64,000 bases of DNA from Heptranchias perlo (taxonomy: Eukaryota), in assembly GCF_035084215.1 (NCBI RefSeq), contig NW_027138407.1:682001-746000 (forward strand), written 5' to 3'. Made by a program: the position numbers and the translations under genes. This document shows, piece by piece, positions 1 to 13,765 of this stretch (the stretch's first letter is position 1; every line of letters starts with the position of its first letter). A model generated the notes under the pieces. That model saw nothing but the letters and a program-made list of their open reading frames with translations. It was not told the DNA's origin and ran no database searches.

Positions 1-699
1 CTCTTCCGCACCCTCGCTTAAGCCTTGGCATCCTTCCTAAAGCGTGGTGCCCAGAATTGCACAACAACAACAACAACAGCTCGCCTAGTCCATGCAACCT
101 GTCCTCATAATTTAACCCTTTGAGACCCGGTATCATTCTGGTGAATCTGCCTGGTAGATTTCCGTTTTGTTTTTCTCTCTATGATGGATGGTTATTGTTA
201 GCATAGTGTGTTAATGATCCATAATTTAATATTCTTATTTTATTCCCATGTTCTGGGGACGTTGGATAGCGCTGGTTTCATTTATTGTCTTTCCCGTTAT
301 GCTGGTTGTGTTTAACTGAGTGAGTTGCGAGACCATTAAGGGCCAACCAGATAGCGAGGGGCTGCAGTTAACAGCAGGCCACACGAGGTACAAGTGACAG
401 GTTCCCATTTGTGAACCAGTTGGTATAAAGAGAATCCCGCAACTTTTATGGCACCAGCCGAAAAATTACCAGATTTATTGAATTCGAATTAACAATTGGG
501 ATTTGGACTCCAGTCCTCCAAATTGCAAGTTGAGTAGAAAAAACGCAACTGTAACCTAGTTTCCTTCAATTTAAAATAATGTTATTAATCAATTCATCCA
601 TCCCGCAGTTGATGACTGCACTAATTCTTGTTGGAACACCAAGTCAGTCGACAAACCTTTTTAATTGCGGTATTTATACAGTCGACTCCTGATAAATCT

Positions 700-1499
700 T
701 GTGGCAAGTAACATTCGCGCCACATAAGTGCCAGGCAATGACCATCTCCAACAAGAGGGAGTCTAATCACCTGCCCTTGACATTCAACGGCATTACCATC
801 GCCGAATCCCCCACCATCAACATCCTGGGGGTCACCATTGACCAGAAACTTAACTGGGCCAGCCACATAAACACTGTGGCTACAAGAGCAGGTCAAAGGC
901 TGGGTATTCTGTGGCCAGTGACTCGCCTCCTGACTCCCCAAAGCCTTTCCACCATCTACAAGGCACAAGTCAGGAGTGTGATGGAATACTCTCCACTTGC
1001 CTGGATGAGTGCAGCTCCAACAACACTCAAGAAGTTCGACCACCATCCAGGACAAAGCAGCCCGCTTGATTGGCACCCCATCCACCACCCTAAACATTCA
1101 CTCCCTTCACCACCGGCGCACTGTGGCTGCAGTGTGTACCATCCACAGGATGCACTGCAGCAACTCGCCAAGGCTTCTTCGACAGCACCTCCCAAACCCG
1201 CGACCTCTACCACCTAGAAGGACAAGAGCAGCAGGCACATGGGAACAACATCACCTACACGTTCCCCTCCAAGTCACACACCATCCCGACTTGGAAATAT
1301 ATCGCCGTTCCTTCATCGTCGCTGGGTCAAAATCCTGGAACTCTCTACCTAACAGCACTGTGGGAGAACCTTCACCACACGGACTGCAGCGGTTCAAGAA
1401 GGCGGCTCACCACCACCTACTCAAGGGCAATTAGGGATGGGGCAATAAATGCTGGCCTCGCCAGCGACGCCCACATCCCATGAACGAATAAAAAAAAAA
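700..1499 (+). mobile_element. 5'-truncated CR1-clade LINE (poly-A-tailed family A), RT C-terminus
   Basis: ORF WQVTFAPHKCQAMTISNK...YKAQVRSVMEYSPLAW; AATAAA + poly(A); several near-identical copies in the window. Confidence 0.9.
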
Positions 1500-1829
1500 T
1501 CAAAGTCTATTTTGGATTAACAGATCGGAATATCCAATCTAAATGAAATAACACTGCAAAGTGGGAATTTCCTGATTAGCAAATTGCTTGGGAGGAATAG
1601 GTGACTTTGGACCAGTGGTTCCCAAAACGCTGCGCCCCAGGAGATTTTCCTCATGTCGTTTCTGTCTCTGTTGTCGACTAATTGATAGAGATTGATTGCT
1701 ACGGGGAGTCAACAACTCCATTTTCGAACTCGATGGACCTTGTTATTTTCCATCCAGCAATTCCTATGTTCCTATAACTCATCAGATATTATGATGTATT
1801 TCTTATGAGGAATAGAATACACCATCTAT

Positions 1830-2100
1830 TATATAGAATTTACAGCACAGAAACAGACCATTCGGCCCAACTGGGCTGTGCCTGTGTTTCTACTCCACAC
1901 GAGCCTCCTTACGTTATCTAACCCTATCTGCATATCCTTCTATTCCTTTCTCCCTACTGTCTCCTGAAAGGCATCTATGCTATTCGCCTCAACCATTCCA
2001 CGAGGTAACGAGTTCCCCATTCTAAACACTCTCTGGGTGAAGAAGTTTCTCCTGAATTCTTTATTGGATATTTTAGTGACTATCTTATATTTATGGCCAT
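1830..2100 (-). mobile_element. CR1 LINE 3' end fragment
   Basis: CR1 3'UTR (ggcccaactg/ccattcggcc hairpin region) as in other copies. Confidence 0.7.
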
Positions 2101-2744
2101 TAAATATTTTCTATCGGTTTTGATGCAATTAACATCAACATATCGTTCTATAACCCGGGAAAGTCTTTCTTTTTTTAGTTAAAACAAATTTCAAAACATG
2201 CACAGGGTTTCACAATTCTACACGGTGTCACGAAGCAACAGAATACGAGAAACCTCGAAATCTAAATAATCAAATCTCATAAACCTAAAAAAATCAGACT
2301 TCGAGAGAGTTAAACGCTTTAAAGGTACTCCTCACAACACTAGAGAACACTATCTTGTTCAGATTATAATCATTCTAAACCCACATCCCACAACAGTAAA
2401 TTGAAAACAAAGTCAAAGCTTGAACAGTCGAAGGCCACAAACCATAAGAACCTGTTCAGGTTATAAACAGTCTAAAGCCACATGATAAACTGTAGCAGTA
2501 AACAACTCTGCCACAGGCTGCATCTGCACTGCGGATCCTCCATAAAAGGACATAATGAGTGATATTGCATCTTCACTCTTTGTCTAATTAACAGTAATTG
2601 TCCTTTGCTGGATTCTTGTTTTTGGCATAAAATGGATTCCATAACGAACAGCCATTCAATATTTTTTCTGAATTTCATTGCATCCCTCATATGCACTCAT
2701 TACTTAATATTTAACAATCTCCCTCTCACCTTGCACCCTCCGTA

Positions 2745-3255
2745 AACTTGAGTTCATCCAAAACTCTGCTGCCCGTATCCCAACTCACACCACGTCCCGT
2801 TTACCCATCACCCCGCTGTGATCGCTGACCCTACATTGGACCCCAGTCCGGAAACGCCTCGATTTTAAAATTCTTGTCCTTGTTTTCTAATCCCTCCATG
2901 GCCCTCGCCCCCTCCCTATCTCTGTAACCTCCTCCAGCTCTACAACCCTCCGAGATCTCTGCGTTCCTCCAATTCTGGCCTCTAGGGCAACCCCGATTGT
3001 CATCGCTCCACCATTCAGCTGCTTAGACCCTAAGCTCTGGAATTCCCTCCCTAAACCCCTTTGCCTCTCCACTTCTCTCTCCTCCTTTAAGACGCTGCTT
3101 AAAACCTACCTCTTTGACCAAGCTTTTGGTCACCTGTCCTAATATCTCCTTATGCGGCCAGGAGTCAAATTTTGTTTGATAATCGCTCCTAAGGAGCGCC
3201 TTGGGACATTTTACGATGTTAAAGGCGCTATATATATGCAAATTGCTGTTGTTGT
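2745..3255 (+). mobile_element. L2 LINE 3' fragment
   Basis: ELIQNSAAR...ITP...L2 motifs; tail aaggcgctatata..gttgttg. Confidence 0.85.
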
Positions 3256-3474
3256 CACGATATAATGATATCCTCCCTGAAAAGCTTTGGAAAGGACAAA
3301 ATCTCATTCTGGCCAACAAGTACGTACCATATTGTTTTCCTTTGTCATTGGTTCCGGGGGTCGGTGGGACACTAACAAACGTGCATAGATGTCCTGTCCC
3401 TTGTTACCTTGAAAAGGTGGCAGTAAATCCTCCCCTTGAAGTGTTGCAATCCTTATGGTGATGGTATGCCCAGG

Positions 3475-4443
3475 ACTGATATATATTAATGACTTGGACT
3501 TGGGAGTACAGGGCACAATTTCAACATTTACATATAGCATAAAACTTGGAAGGGTAGTAAGCAGTGAGGAGGATAGTGATAGACTTCAAGAGGATATAGA
3601 CAGGCTGGTGGCACGGGCAGACACGTGGCAGATGAAATTTAACGCAGAAAAATGCGAAGTGATACATTTCGGTAGGAAGAACGAGGAGAGGCAATATAAA
3701 CTAGAGGGCACAACTCTAAAAGGGGTACAGGAACAGAGAGATCTGGGGGTATATGTGCACAAATCGTTGAAGGTGGCAGGGCAGGTAGAGAAAGCGGTTA
3801 AAAAAGCATACGGGATTCTGGGCTTTATAAATAGAGGCATAGAGTACAAAAGCAAGGAAGTTATGATGAACTTTTATAAAACACTGGTTTGGAGCATTGT
3901 GTCCATTTCTGGGCACCGCACTTTAAGAAAGATGTGAAGGCCTTAGAAAGGGTGCAAAAGAGATTTACTAGAATGATTCTAGGAATAAGGGACTTTAGTT
4001 ACGTGGATAGACTGGAGAAGCTGGGGTTGTTCTCCTTGGAACAGAGAAGGTTGCGAGGAGATTTGATAGAGGTGTTCAAAATCATGAAAGGTCTAGGCAG
4101 AGTAGATAGAGAGAAACTGTTCCCATTGGCGGAAGGGTCAAGAACCAGAGGGCATAGATTTAAGGTGATTGGTAAAAGAACCAAAGGTGACATGAGGAAA
4201 AACTTTTTTTTACGCAGCGAGTGGTTGGGATCTGGAATGCACTGCCCGAGGGGGTGGTGGAGGCAGATTCAATCATGGCCTTCAAAAGGGAACTGGATAA
4301 GTACTTGAAAGGGAAGAAATTTGCAGGGCGACGGGGATAGGGCGGGTGAGTGGGACGAGCTGGATTGTTCTTGCATAGAGCCGGCACGGACTCGATGGGC
4401 AGAATGGCCTTCTTCCGTGCTGTAACCTTTCTATGATTCTATG
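3475..4443 (+). mobile_element. CR1 LINE (vertebrate type) RT C-terminal fragment
   Basis: IYINDLD...WQMKFNAEKCEVIHFG...ALERVQKRFTRMI; (ATTCTATG)n tail. Confidence 0.92.
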
Positions 4444-4866
4444 ACAGTGTTTGGTGAGGAATTCTACGTATCTGACTCAGTGATGATACAGGCGTTTCCA
4501 AGTCAGGACGGTGTTCTCTTCGAGAGTGTGGCAATCAGGCCCTAGTCCTCCTGAGCGTCAGAGACCGCGCGTTTGAGGAGTCCTGTCGAAATTGGCATGG
4601 AAAGAATTTTCTCCCATTTTCCACCAGTGAGTTCCATTTCCCCTTTTTGTAGATTTCTCTCCTGGCTTCCGTTTTAATTTTCCTTCCTCTGAGTGTTTAT
4701 TTTTTCCAGTTAACCCGCTGATCTCCGCTTCATTCTTTGCTCTGTTCAGTGCATAAAAATGGCGGATGCATTTCCCCAAATCAGGGTTTAACCGCTGGGT
4801 ATTTGCAGAACGGAGTGTTTCTATCTCCCTATCCATACTTAGGGATCGCAGCAGCCTTACAGGCAA

Positions 4867-6031
4867 TGACATCAAGGCCACATTTGACAAATTGTGGCAC
4901 CAAGGAGCCCTAGTAAAATTGAAGTCAATGGGAATCAGGGGGAAAACTCTCCAGTGGCTGGAGTCATACCTAGCACAAAGGAAGATGGTAGTGGTCGTTG
5001 GAGGCCAATCATCTCAGCCCCAGGACATTGTTGCAGGAGTTCCTCAGGGCAATGTCCTAGGCCCAACCATCTTCAGCTGCTTCATCAAAGACTTGCCCTC
5101 CATCATAAGGTCAGAAATGGGGATGTTCGCTGATGATTGCACAGTGTTCAGTTCGATTCGCAACCCCTCAGGTAATGAAGCAGTCCGAGCCCGCATGCAG
5201 CAAGACCTGGACAATATCCAGGCTTGGGCTGATAAGTGACAAGTAACATTCGCGCCAGACAAGTGCCAGGCAATGACCATCTCCAACAAGAGAGAGTCTA
5301 ACCAGCTCCCCTTGACATTCAACGGCATTTCCATTGCCGAATCCCCCACCATCAACATCCTGGGGGTCACCATTGACCAGAAACTTAACTGGACCAGCCT
5401 CATAAATACTGTGGCTACAAGACCAGGCCAGAGGCTGGATATTCTGCGGCGAGTCACTCAACTCCTGACTCCCCAAAGCCTTTCCACCATCTACAAGGCA
5501 CAAGTCAGGAGTGTGATGGAATACTCTCCACTTGCCTGGATGAGTGCAGCTCCAACAACACTCAAGAAGCTCGATGCCATCCAGGATAGAGCAGCCCCTT
5601 GATTGGCACCCCATCCACCACCCTAAACATTCACTCCCTTCACCACCGGCGCACCGTGGCTGCAGTGTGTACCATCCACAGGATGCACTGCAGCAACTCG
5701 CCAAGGCCTCTTGACAGCACTTCTCAAACCCGCGACCTCTACCACCTTGAAGGACGAGGGCAGCAGGCACATGGGAACAACACCACCTGCACGTTCCCCT
5801 CCAAGTCACACACCATCCCGACTTGGAAATATATCGGCCGTTCCTTCATCGTCGCTGGGTCAAAATCCTGGAACTCCCTTCCTAACAGCACTGTGGGAGA
5901 ACCTTCACCACACGGACTGCAGCGGTTCAAGAAGGAGGCTCACCACCACCTTCTCAAGAGCAATTAGGGATGGGCAATAAATGCTGGTCTTGCCAGCCAC
6001 GCCCGCATTACATGAACGAATAAAAAAAAAA
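4867..6031 (+). mobile_element. CR1-clade LINE family A, longest copy (RT core)
   Basis: DIKATFDKLWH...GVPQGNVLGP...MFADD RT motifs; poly(A) tail. Confidence 0.92.
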
Positions 6032-6164
6032 TGAATCAAAGAACGGATTTCCACACGTTTAATTTCCCACATCGCTTATAATAACAGTTAAAATCCGCAT
6101 AGTATAAATGTTTATGTCACCGGTTAAGAGTGCCGGTAAGAACAACAACAACAACAATACCAAA

Positions 6165-6720
6165 TAGGAACATAGGAACAGGAGTAGGCCATTCAGCCCC
6201 TCGAGCCTGTTCCGCCATTCAATTAGATCATGGCTGACCTATATCTTAAAACCATCTACCCGCCTTGGTTCCGTATCCCTTAATACCCTCACCTAACAAA
6301 AATCAATCGAACTCAGTTTTGACATTTTCGATTGACCTCGCCTCAACAGATTTTCGGAGGAGAGAGTTCAAGATTTCCGCTATTCTTTGTGTGCTACCTG
6401 ACATCACCCCTAATTTTATGGGTATGCCGCTTTGTTCTGGACTCCCCCGCCAGAGGAAATAGTTTCTCTCTATCTACCCTATAAAGTCCTTTAATCATCT
6501 TAAACGCCTCAATTAGATGACCCTTTAATGTTCTATACCCGAGGGAAAGAAGACCAGTCCATGCAACCTGTCCTCGTAATTTAACCCTTTGAGCCCCGGT
6601 ATTACTCTGGTGAATCTGAACTGCACCCCCTCCAAGGCCAATATATCCTTCCTGAGGTGCGGTGCCCAGAACTGAACCCAGAACTCAAAATGAGGTCTAA
6701 CCAGAGGTTTTTATAGCATA
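6165..6720 (-). mobile_element. CR1 LINE 3' fragment
   Basis: (ATGTTCCT)n tail and CR1 RT end on the minus strand. Confidence 0.85.
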
Positions 6721-6971
6721 ATTTCGACCCCTTTTGTATTTCATTGAAATCGCATTTCTCCGAAAGTCTTTTGCATTGAGATAGAGAAACAGAGGGCACT
6801 AAGCGGATGGGGCAAGTGTGTAACCAGAAAAAGGCTGGGTGCAGCAGGCAAGATTTTGATTTGAGATTTCAATGTGTAACGGTGTCATCTTGGCATAGGT
6901 GGTGACATCTGATGGATTGTGTTGTAGGCAAAAAGACTGTTGCATCTATCTCCATAGCGAGAGACACTGAG

Positions 6972-7180
6972 AACCATAGAACCATAGAAAAGATACAGCA
7001 AAGAAGGGGGCCATTCGGCCCATCATGTCCGTGCCGGCTCAAAGAACAACCAGGTGCCCATTCTAATCCCACCTTCCAGCACCTGGTCTGTAGCCCTGAA
7101 GCTCACAGCACTTTAGGTACAGGTCCAGATACTTTTTAAAAGAGTTGAGGGTCCCTGCCTCTACCACCAATTCGGGCAGC
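6972..7180 (-). mobile_element. CR1 LINE 3' end fragment
   Basis: VVEAGTLNSFKKYLD motif; tail repeat. Confidence 0.75.
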
Positions 7181-7217
7181 TGAGGTACCAATATTGCTTG
7201 AAGCATTTGTAAATATT

Positions 7218-7740
7218 TGGAGCATTGTGTCCCATTGTGGGCACCGCACTTTAGGAAGGATGTCAAGGCCTTGGAGACGGTGCAGGGAAGATTTGCTAGA
7301 ATGGTACCAGGGATGAGGGACTTCAGTTATGTGGAGAGACTGGAGAAACTGGGGTTGTTCTCCTTAGAGCAGAGAAGGTTAAGGGGAGATGTAATAGAAA
7401 TGTTCAAAATGATGAGGGGCTTTTGATAGAGAAAATAGGGATAAATTGTTTCCACTGGCGAGGGGTTCTGTAACCAGAGGACATATAGATTTAACGTAAT
7501 TGACTAAAGAACCAGAGGGGAGATGAGGACAATAATTTTAAGCAGCGCCTTGTTATAATCTGGAATGCACTGCTTGAAAGGGTGGTGGAAGCGGCAATTT
7601 TCAAAAGGGAACTGGATAAACTTGAAGGGGAAACATTTAAGGGCAATGGGGGAAGAGCAGGGGCGTGGGATTAATTGAATAGTTCTTTCGAAGAGCCGGG
7701 ACAGGGACGATGGCTCCTTCTGTGCTCTATCAGTTTATGA
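7218..7740 (+). mobile_element. CR1 LINE fragment
   Basis: EHCVPLWAPHFRKDVKALE...LRGDVIEMFK. Confidence 0.87.
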
Positions 7741-7779
7741 CTTGGCTGAGAGATGCCAGAAGTAACTCGGTGAGGTAGA

Positions 7780-7960
7780 TTTGTCATTACAGGAAGTTGT
7801 CACGGATTTTGCACTTCAATTACTCCCGCAGTTGGAGTTACACTCACATTCGCCTTGTCTACGTGTGGTTGCAACACTTCAAGTGTGGTTTATATTCAGT
7901 CTTAGATATGGTTTACTGTTGATTAAATTCCCCGATGCATTAAGCAGATGTATGCTGATA
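7780..7960. promoter_or_regulatory. Candidate T-cell enhancer motif cluster
   Basis: ETS ACAGGAAGT 7789, CAGTTG 7829, two perfect RUNX TGTGGTT (7864, 7884), E-box CAGATG 7945. Confidence 0.33.
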
Positions 7961-8111
7961 TAAACCTCCACATGTTCATTTCCGTTTTCAATTTTTTTTC
8001 TTGTGGCGAACTCGATGCTTTATCAAAAATCCTTCTAACTAGCGACAGAATCTCAACGTTGAATAAATTTAACTTTGGTGACAGTAAGAATCACAGCCGG
8101 TGCCTTTAGGT

Positions 8112-8560
8112 GTCAGCCGTGACTCAGTGGGTAGCCCCGAGCTCTGAGTTAGAATGTTGTTGGTTCGTAGTCGCATTCCTGCGACTTCAGAACAAAATCT
8201 AGGCTGGCACACCAGTGCAGTGCTGAGGGAGCGCTAAACTGTCTTTCGGGATGAGATGTTAAACCGAGGCCCTGTCTACTCTCTCAGCTGAACGTAAAAG
8301 ATCCCATGGCTACTATTCGAAGAAAAGCAGGGGAGTTCTCCTCGCTGTCCTGGGCCAATATTTATCCCTCAAACAACATCACTAAAACACATGATTATCT
8401 GGTCAATATCACATTGCTGTTTGTGGGATCTTGCTGTGCGCAAATTGGTTGCCGCGTTTCCTACATTACAACAGTGACTACACTTCAAAATTGGCTGTAA
8501 AGCGTTTTGGGACATCCTCAGGTCGTGAAAGGCGCTGTATAATTGCAAGTCTTTCTTTTG
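8112..8560 (+). mobile_element. tRNA-derived Deu-domain SINE (SacSINE1-like) with L2-type tail
   Basis: A/B-box-like head, gatgagatgttaaaccgaggccc Deu core, tail aaaggcgctgtataattgcaag. Confidence 0.82.
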
Positions 8561-8839
8561 ACCATGGCAAACTTTTCGTTTACATGCCTTTTCTCTTTAT
8601 TGCTTAGATATGAAGACGTACCTATCTGTAAAGGGAAATGTTCTTATTCTTTGTAAAAAGAGTGTCACTTGATGGTTCCATTTTGCTGCTGGTTTTGGTA
8701 GTTAATTAAAATACCTTCAAACGATTTGATAGATTAGTTTCGCTCTCACCTTTCCCTACATTATGTGTTTTTAAAAAATATATTGGCTGAGTCTTTTTAT
8801 ATCATATTTAATATAACATTGACTAGAAGTAAATAGAGT

Positions 8840-9375
8840 ATAAGAACATAAGAACATAAGAAATAGAAGCAGGAGTAGGCCAATCGGCCCTTCGAGCCTG
8901 CTCCGCCAATTAATAAGATCATGGCTGATCTGATCCTAACCTCAAATCTAAATTCATGTCCAATTTCCTGCCCGCTCCCCGTAATCCCTAATTCCCTTCA
9001 CTTCTAGGAAACTGTCTATTTCTGCTTTGAATTTATTCAATGATGTAGCTTCCACAGCTTCCTGGGGCAGCAAATTCCACAGACCTACCACCCTCTGAGT
9101 GAAGAAGTTTCCCCTCATCTCAGTTTTGAAGGAGCAGCCGCTTATTCTAAGATTATGCCCCCTAGTTCTAGTTTCACCCATCCTTGGGAACATCCTCACC
9201 GCATCCACCCGATCAAGACCCTTCACAATCTTATATGTTTCAATAAGATCGCCTCTCATTCTTCTGAACTCCAATGAGTAGAGTCCCAATCTACTCAACC
9301 TCTCCTCATATGTCCGCCCCCTCATCCCAGGGATTAACCGAGTGAACCTTCTTTGTACTGCCTCGAGAGCAAGTA
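8840..9375 (-). mobile_element. Young CR1 LINE fragment (same subfamily as 52537-53023)
   Basis: ORF 8954-9391 LALEAVQRRFTRLIPG...; (ATGTTCTT)n tail. Confidence 0.9.
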
Positions 9376-9519
9376 TGTTTGGACACCACACTTTAGGAAG
9401 GATGTCAAGGCCTTGAAGAAGGTGCAGAGGAGATTTACTAGAATGGTACCAGGGATGAGGGAATTCAGATATATAGAGAGACTAGAAAAGCTGAGATTAT
9501 TTTCCTCAGTGCACAAAAC

Positions 9520-10290
9520 CTTCCCAATCCTCAGGCTTACTACTTTTTTTTGGCACGATTGTAAGCCTCTTCTTTTAATCTAATACTATCCTTAATTTCT
9601 CTAGTTAGCCATAGTTGGATCACTTTCCCGTGGAGTTATTATTCCTCACGGGAATGCATATTATGAATTATTTCTTTAAATGTTCGCTATTGCTTATCTG
9701 CCGTCATATCTCTTAATTTAATTTCCGAATCTAACTTCGCCAACTCGCCCCTCATACGTACGAAATTGGCTTTGTTTAAATTTAAGACCCTATTTGCGGA
9801 CTTAACTACATCACTCTCCAATTCAATATGATACTCTATCACATTATGATCACTCTTGCCCAGAGGACCCTTAACTATAAGATTGCTAATTAACCCTGTC
9901 TTATTACACAATACCAGATCTAAAATAGCTTGTTCCCTAGTTGGTTTCTGGACATATTGGTTCTAGAAAACTGTCTCGAATGCTTTCCATGATCTCGCCC
10001 TCCAAACTACTTTTGCCAATTTGGTCTATATGAAGATTAAAGTCCCCCACGATTATTGCATTCCTCTTGTTATATTCTCCTCTAATTTTCTGATTTAGAC
10101 TCTGTCCAACACTATAACTATTTATAGGGGGGCCATAAACTACTCCCACCAGTGCCTTTTGCTCCTTGTTATTGTTAGCTCCACCCCTACTGATTCGATA
10201 TCCTGATTTTCTGAGCTAAGATCCTTTCTCACTGTTGCATTTATCTAATCCTTTATTATCAGGGCTACCACCCCTCCGTTTCCATTTTGC
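9520..10290 (-). mobile_element. CR1 LINE endonuclease-region fragment
   Basis: GVVYGPP...IIVGDFN...PLGKSDHN APE-like motifs. Confidence 0.82.
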
Positions 10291-10309
10291 CTACCTTTAA
10301 TAAAAGTCA

Positions 10310-11385
10310 AATCAAGGTAGGTTTTAAGGAGGAGCGAGAGGTAGAGAGGCAGAGAGGTTTATGGAGGGAACTCCAGAACTTCGGTCCTAGGCAGCTGAAG
10401 GCATGGCCGCCAATGGTGGAGCCATTAAAATCAGGGATGCTCAAGAGACAAGAACTGGAGGAACGCAGAGATCTTGGAGGGTTGCAGGGGCTGGAGGAGG
10501 TTACAGAGATAGGGAGGGGCGAGGCCACAGAGGGATTTGAAAACAAGGATGAGAATTTTAAAATCGAGGCATTCCTGGACCGGGAACCAATGTAGATCTG
10601 CAAGCACAGGGGCGATGGAAGAACGGGACTTGGTTTGAGTTAGAATACCAGCAGCAGAGTTTTGGATGAGCTCAAGTATATGGGTGGTGGAAGATGGTAG
10701 GCCGGTCAGGAGAGCATTGGCATAGTCGAGTCCAGAGGTAACAAAGGCACGGGTGAGGGTTCCTGCAGCAGATGAGTTGAGGCAGGGGCGGAGACGGGCG
10801 ATGTTACGGAGGTGGAAGTAGGCGGTCTTGGTGAAGGAGAGGATAAGTAGTCGGAAGCTCATCTCAGGGTCAAATAGGACGCCAAGGTTGTGAACTGTCT
10901 GGTTCAGCCTCGGACAGTGGCCTGGGAAGGGATGGAGTCGGTGGCGAGGGAACGGAGTTTGCAGTGGGGACTAAAGACAATGGCTTCAGTCTTCCCAATA
11001 TTTATTTGGAGGAAATTTTTGCTCATCCAGTACTGGATGTCGGGCAAGCAGTGTGACAAATCAGAGAGAGTGGAGGGGTCTAGAGAGGTGGTGGTGAGGT
11101 AGAGCTGGGTGTCGTCAGTGTACATGTGGAACCTGACACGTTTTCGGATAATGTCGCTGAGGGGCAGCATGTAGATGAGAAATAGGAGGGGGCCAAGGAT
11201 AGATCCTTGGGGGACTCCAGAGGTAACTGTGCGGGAGTGGGAAGAGAAGCCATTGGAGGCAATTCTCTGGTTATGACTGGATAGATAAGAATGGACCAGG
11301 CGAGGGCAGTCCCACCCAGCTGGATGATGGAGCAGAGGAGTTGGAGGAGGGTGGTGTGGTCGACCGTGTCAAAGGCTGCAGAATG
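10310..11385 (-). mobile_element. L2 LINE RT fragment
   Basis: SAAFDTVDH, FHMYTDDTQLY, KTAYFHLRNIARLRP motifs. Confidence 0.9.
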
Positions 11386-11564
11386 GTGAGAAACTAGAGA
11401 CTGTAGATGAGCAAATAAATTTGGGACAATCACTGATTTACCCAATTCCCCAAATAAAATAGGAAACGTTTCTGTTTTGCCTGCACATGAGCCCAGTTTC
11501 TGAGAAGTGCAAGAAAGGTGGGCCCAATCAAATGTGACATTAGGCCTCTCAGACAGATAGGAAT

Positions 11565-12770
11565 ATAGGAACATGAGGAAGAAGAGTAGGTCTTTCAGTC
11601 CCCCAGGCCTGCTCCGCCACTCGGTTATATCATGGCTGATCTGTACCTCAACTCCATTTACCCGCCTTTGCTCCATATCCCTTGATACCCTGACCTAACA
11701 AAAATCTATCCATCTCAGGCCTGAAAGCTGCAATTGCCCAAGCATCCAGTAGGGGGAGGGAGTTCCAAATTTCTACTGCCCTTTTGTGTGAAGCAATGCT
11801 TCCAAGGTCGCCCCTGAACGGCCTACCCCTCTAATTTTGAGATTATGTCCCCTTTGTTCTCAACTCTCCCAACAGAGGAAACCTTTCTCCGTATCCCCCA
11901 TATCAAATATTTCTAACATTTTACACACCTCGATTAGATCACCCCTCAATCTCCTAGACTCAAGGGAATACAAGCCTAGTCTATGCAACCTGTCCTGATA
12001 ATTTAACCCTCTCAGCACCGGTATCATTCCAGTGAATCAGCGCTGCACCCCCTCCAAGGCCAAAGGTGCGGTGCCCAAAACTGAACGCGGTATTCCAGAT
12101 GGCATCTGTCCATGGCTCTGTACAATTGAAGGAATAACTTCCTCCCATTTGCATCCCAGCCCCCTGAGATATAGTCCAACATTCCATTAGACGTTTTAAT
12201 TACTTTTTGTACCTGTCTACTGGCTTTTAATGATTTAGATTCTTAGACACCCAATCAATTTGCTCATATGCAGTCCCTTGTTTCTCACCATTTAGAAATT
12301 GCTCCGATTTATCTTTCTTGGGTCCAAAGTGGATGACGTCACACTTGCTAACATTGAACGCCATTTGCCGCTGTTTTGCTCACTCACTTTATCTATCTAT
12401 GTCCCTTTGCAACTCCCTGCTCCCAACTGCACTACTTACTGTCCCTCCTAACGCAGCGGCATCTGCAAACTTCGATATACAACTCCCTATTCCTTGATCC
12501 AAGTCGTTAATAAATATGGTGAAAATTTGTGGCCCCAAAACAGATCCCTGGGGTACTCCCGCACATCTCGCTAATCAGAATACTTTATCGCCAATTTCTG
12601 CCTCCTACCTCCCAATTAATTTCCAACCCAAGTCAATTCTATGCACTCTCAATTTTGCTTATAATCTTTTGTATGAAACCTTATAAAATGGTTTCTGGAA
12701 GTCCTAGATAAAAACTATCTGGAAGTTAGAGGTAACATCCACAGACATTCTCTTGTCCATCTTATCTGTG
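11565..12770 (-). mobile_element. Diverged CR1 LINE RT fragment
   Basis: Decayed GVPQG, FADD-like and WAP motifs; CR1 3'UTR. Confidence 0.82.
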
Positions 12771-13289
12771 GCCCCCTGATAATAATTATGAATAAAATAA
12801 ACATTGTTGATATTGATAACAACAACAATTACCAAACGTAATGCGACAGGACTTCCATTGAGAGCCTGGAACAAGTGGGGAGGTCAATGGACAATGTTAC
12901 TGGAATAAGATCATAAAGCAATGGCTCGATTATGGATATCTGGCTCCTCCGGGCTCATGTTTCTATGTCTCTATGAGCTGCTTTCTCAGAACAGCAACTA
13001 ATTAGCTTCACTCACAATATAACGGGTGTTATTCCCATGAGTTGCCGGAGGCCGCCAGGCCCACACAACGTCAGCAGGTCGATGTATTCCGAGAGAGGAT
13101 ACGAAAAATCTAGACAAGTTCAAACGTGGTACAAGGTGTGATTGGAAAACCAGGAAGAGAAATATTGGGATACTCGTTAAGTTTTTTCCCTCGCTTTGAG
13201 AATAAACACTGATTACTGCATCATGTTCGATCCAATTAGCAGATAATGTTCTTTTATGCAGCATAATTGATGGATCGGCATTGCTTGTT

Positions 13290-13765
13290 AGGAACATAAA
13301 AACTGGAGGAGGCCTTTCAGCCCCTCGAGCCTGTCCCGCCATTCAATTAGATCATGGCTGATCTGTATCTTAACTCCATCTACCCGCCTTGGTTCCACAT
13401 CCCTTAATACGCTTGCCTAACAAAAATCCATCAATCTCAGTTTTGAAATTTCCAATTGACCCCCAGCCTCAACAGCTTTTTGAGGGAGAGAGTTCCAGAT
13501 TTCCACTCCCCTTTGTGTGAAGAAGTGCTTCCTGACATCACCCCTGAACTGCCTGGTTCTAATTTTAAGGTTATGCCCGCTTCTTATGGATTCCGCCCAC
13601 CAGAGGAAATAGTTTCTCTCCATCTACTCAATTAAATGCTTTAATCATCTTAAACACCTCAATTAGATCGTCCTCAATCTCCTGTTCTCGAGGGAATACA
13701 AGCCGAGTCCAAGCAACCTGTCCTCGTAATTTAACCCTTTTAGCCCCGGTATCGTTCTGGTGAAC
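13290..13765 (-). mobile_element. CR1 LINE 3' fragment
   Basis: RKHFFTQRGVEIWNSLPQKAVEA. Confidence 0.85.

Noticed and set aside
8112-8200. tRNA-like A/B boxes (also ~30440-30515, ~33230, ~45070)
   Set aside because: Heads of Deu-domain SINEs, not tRNA genes.
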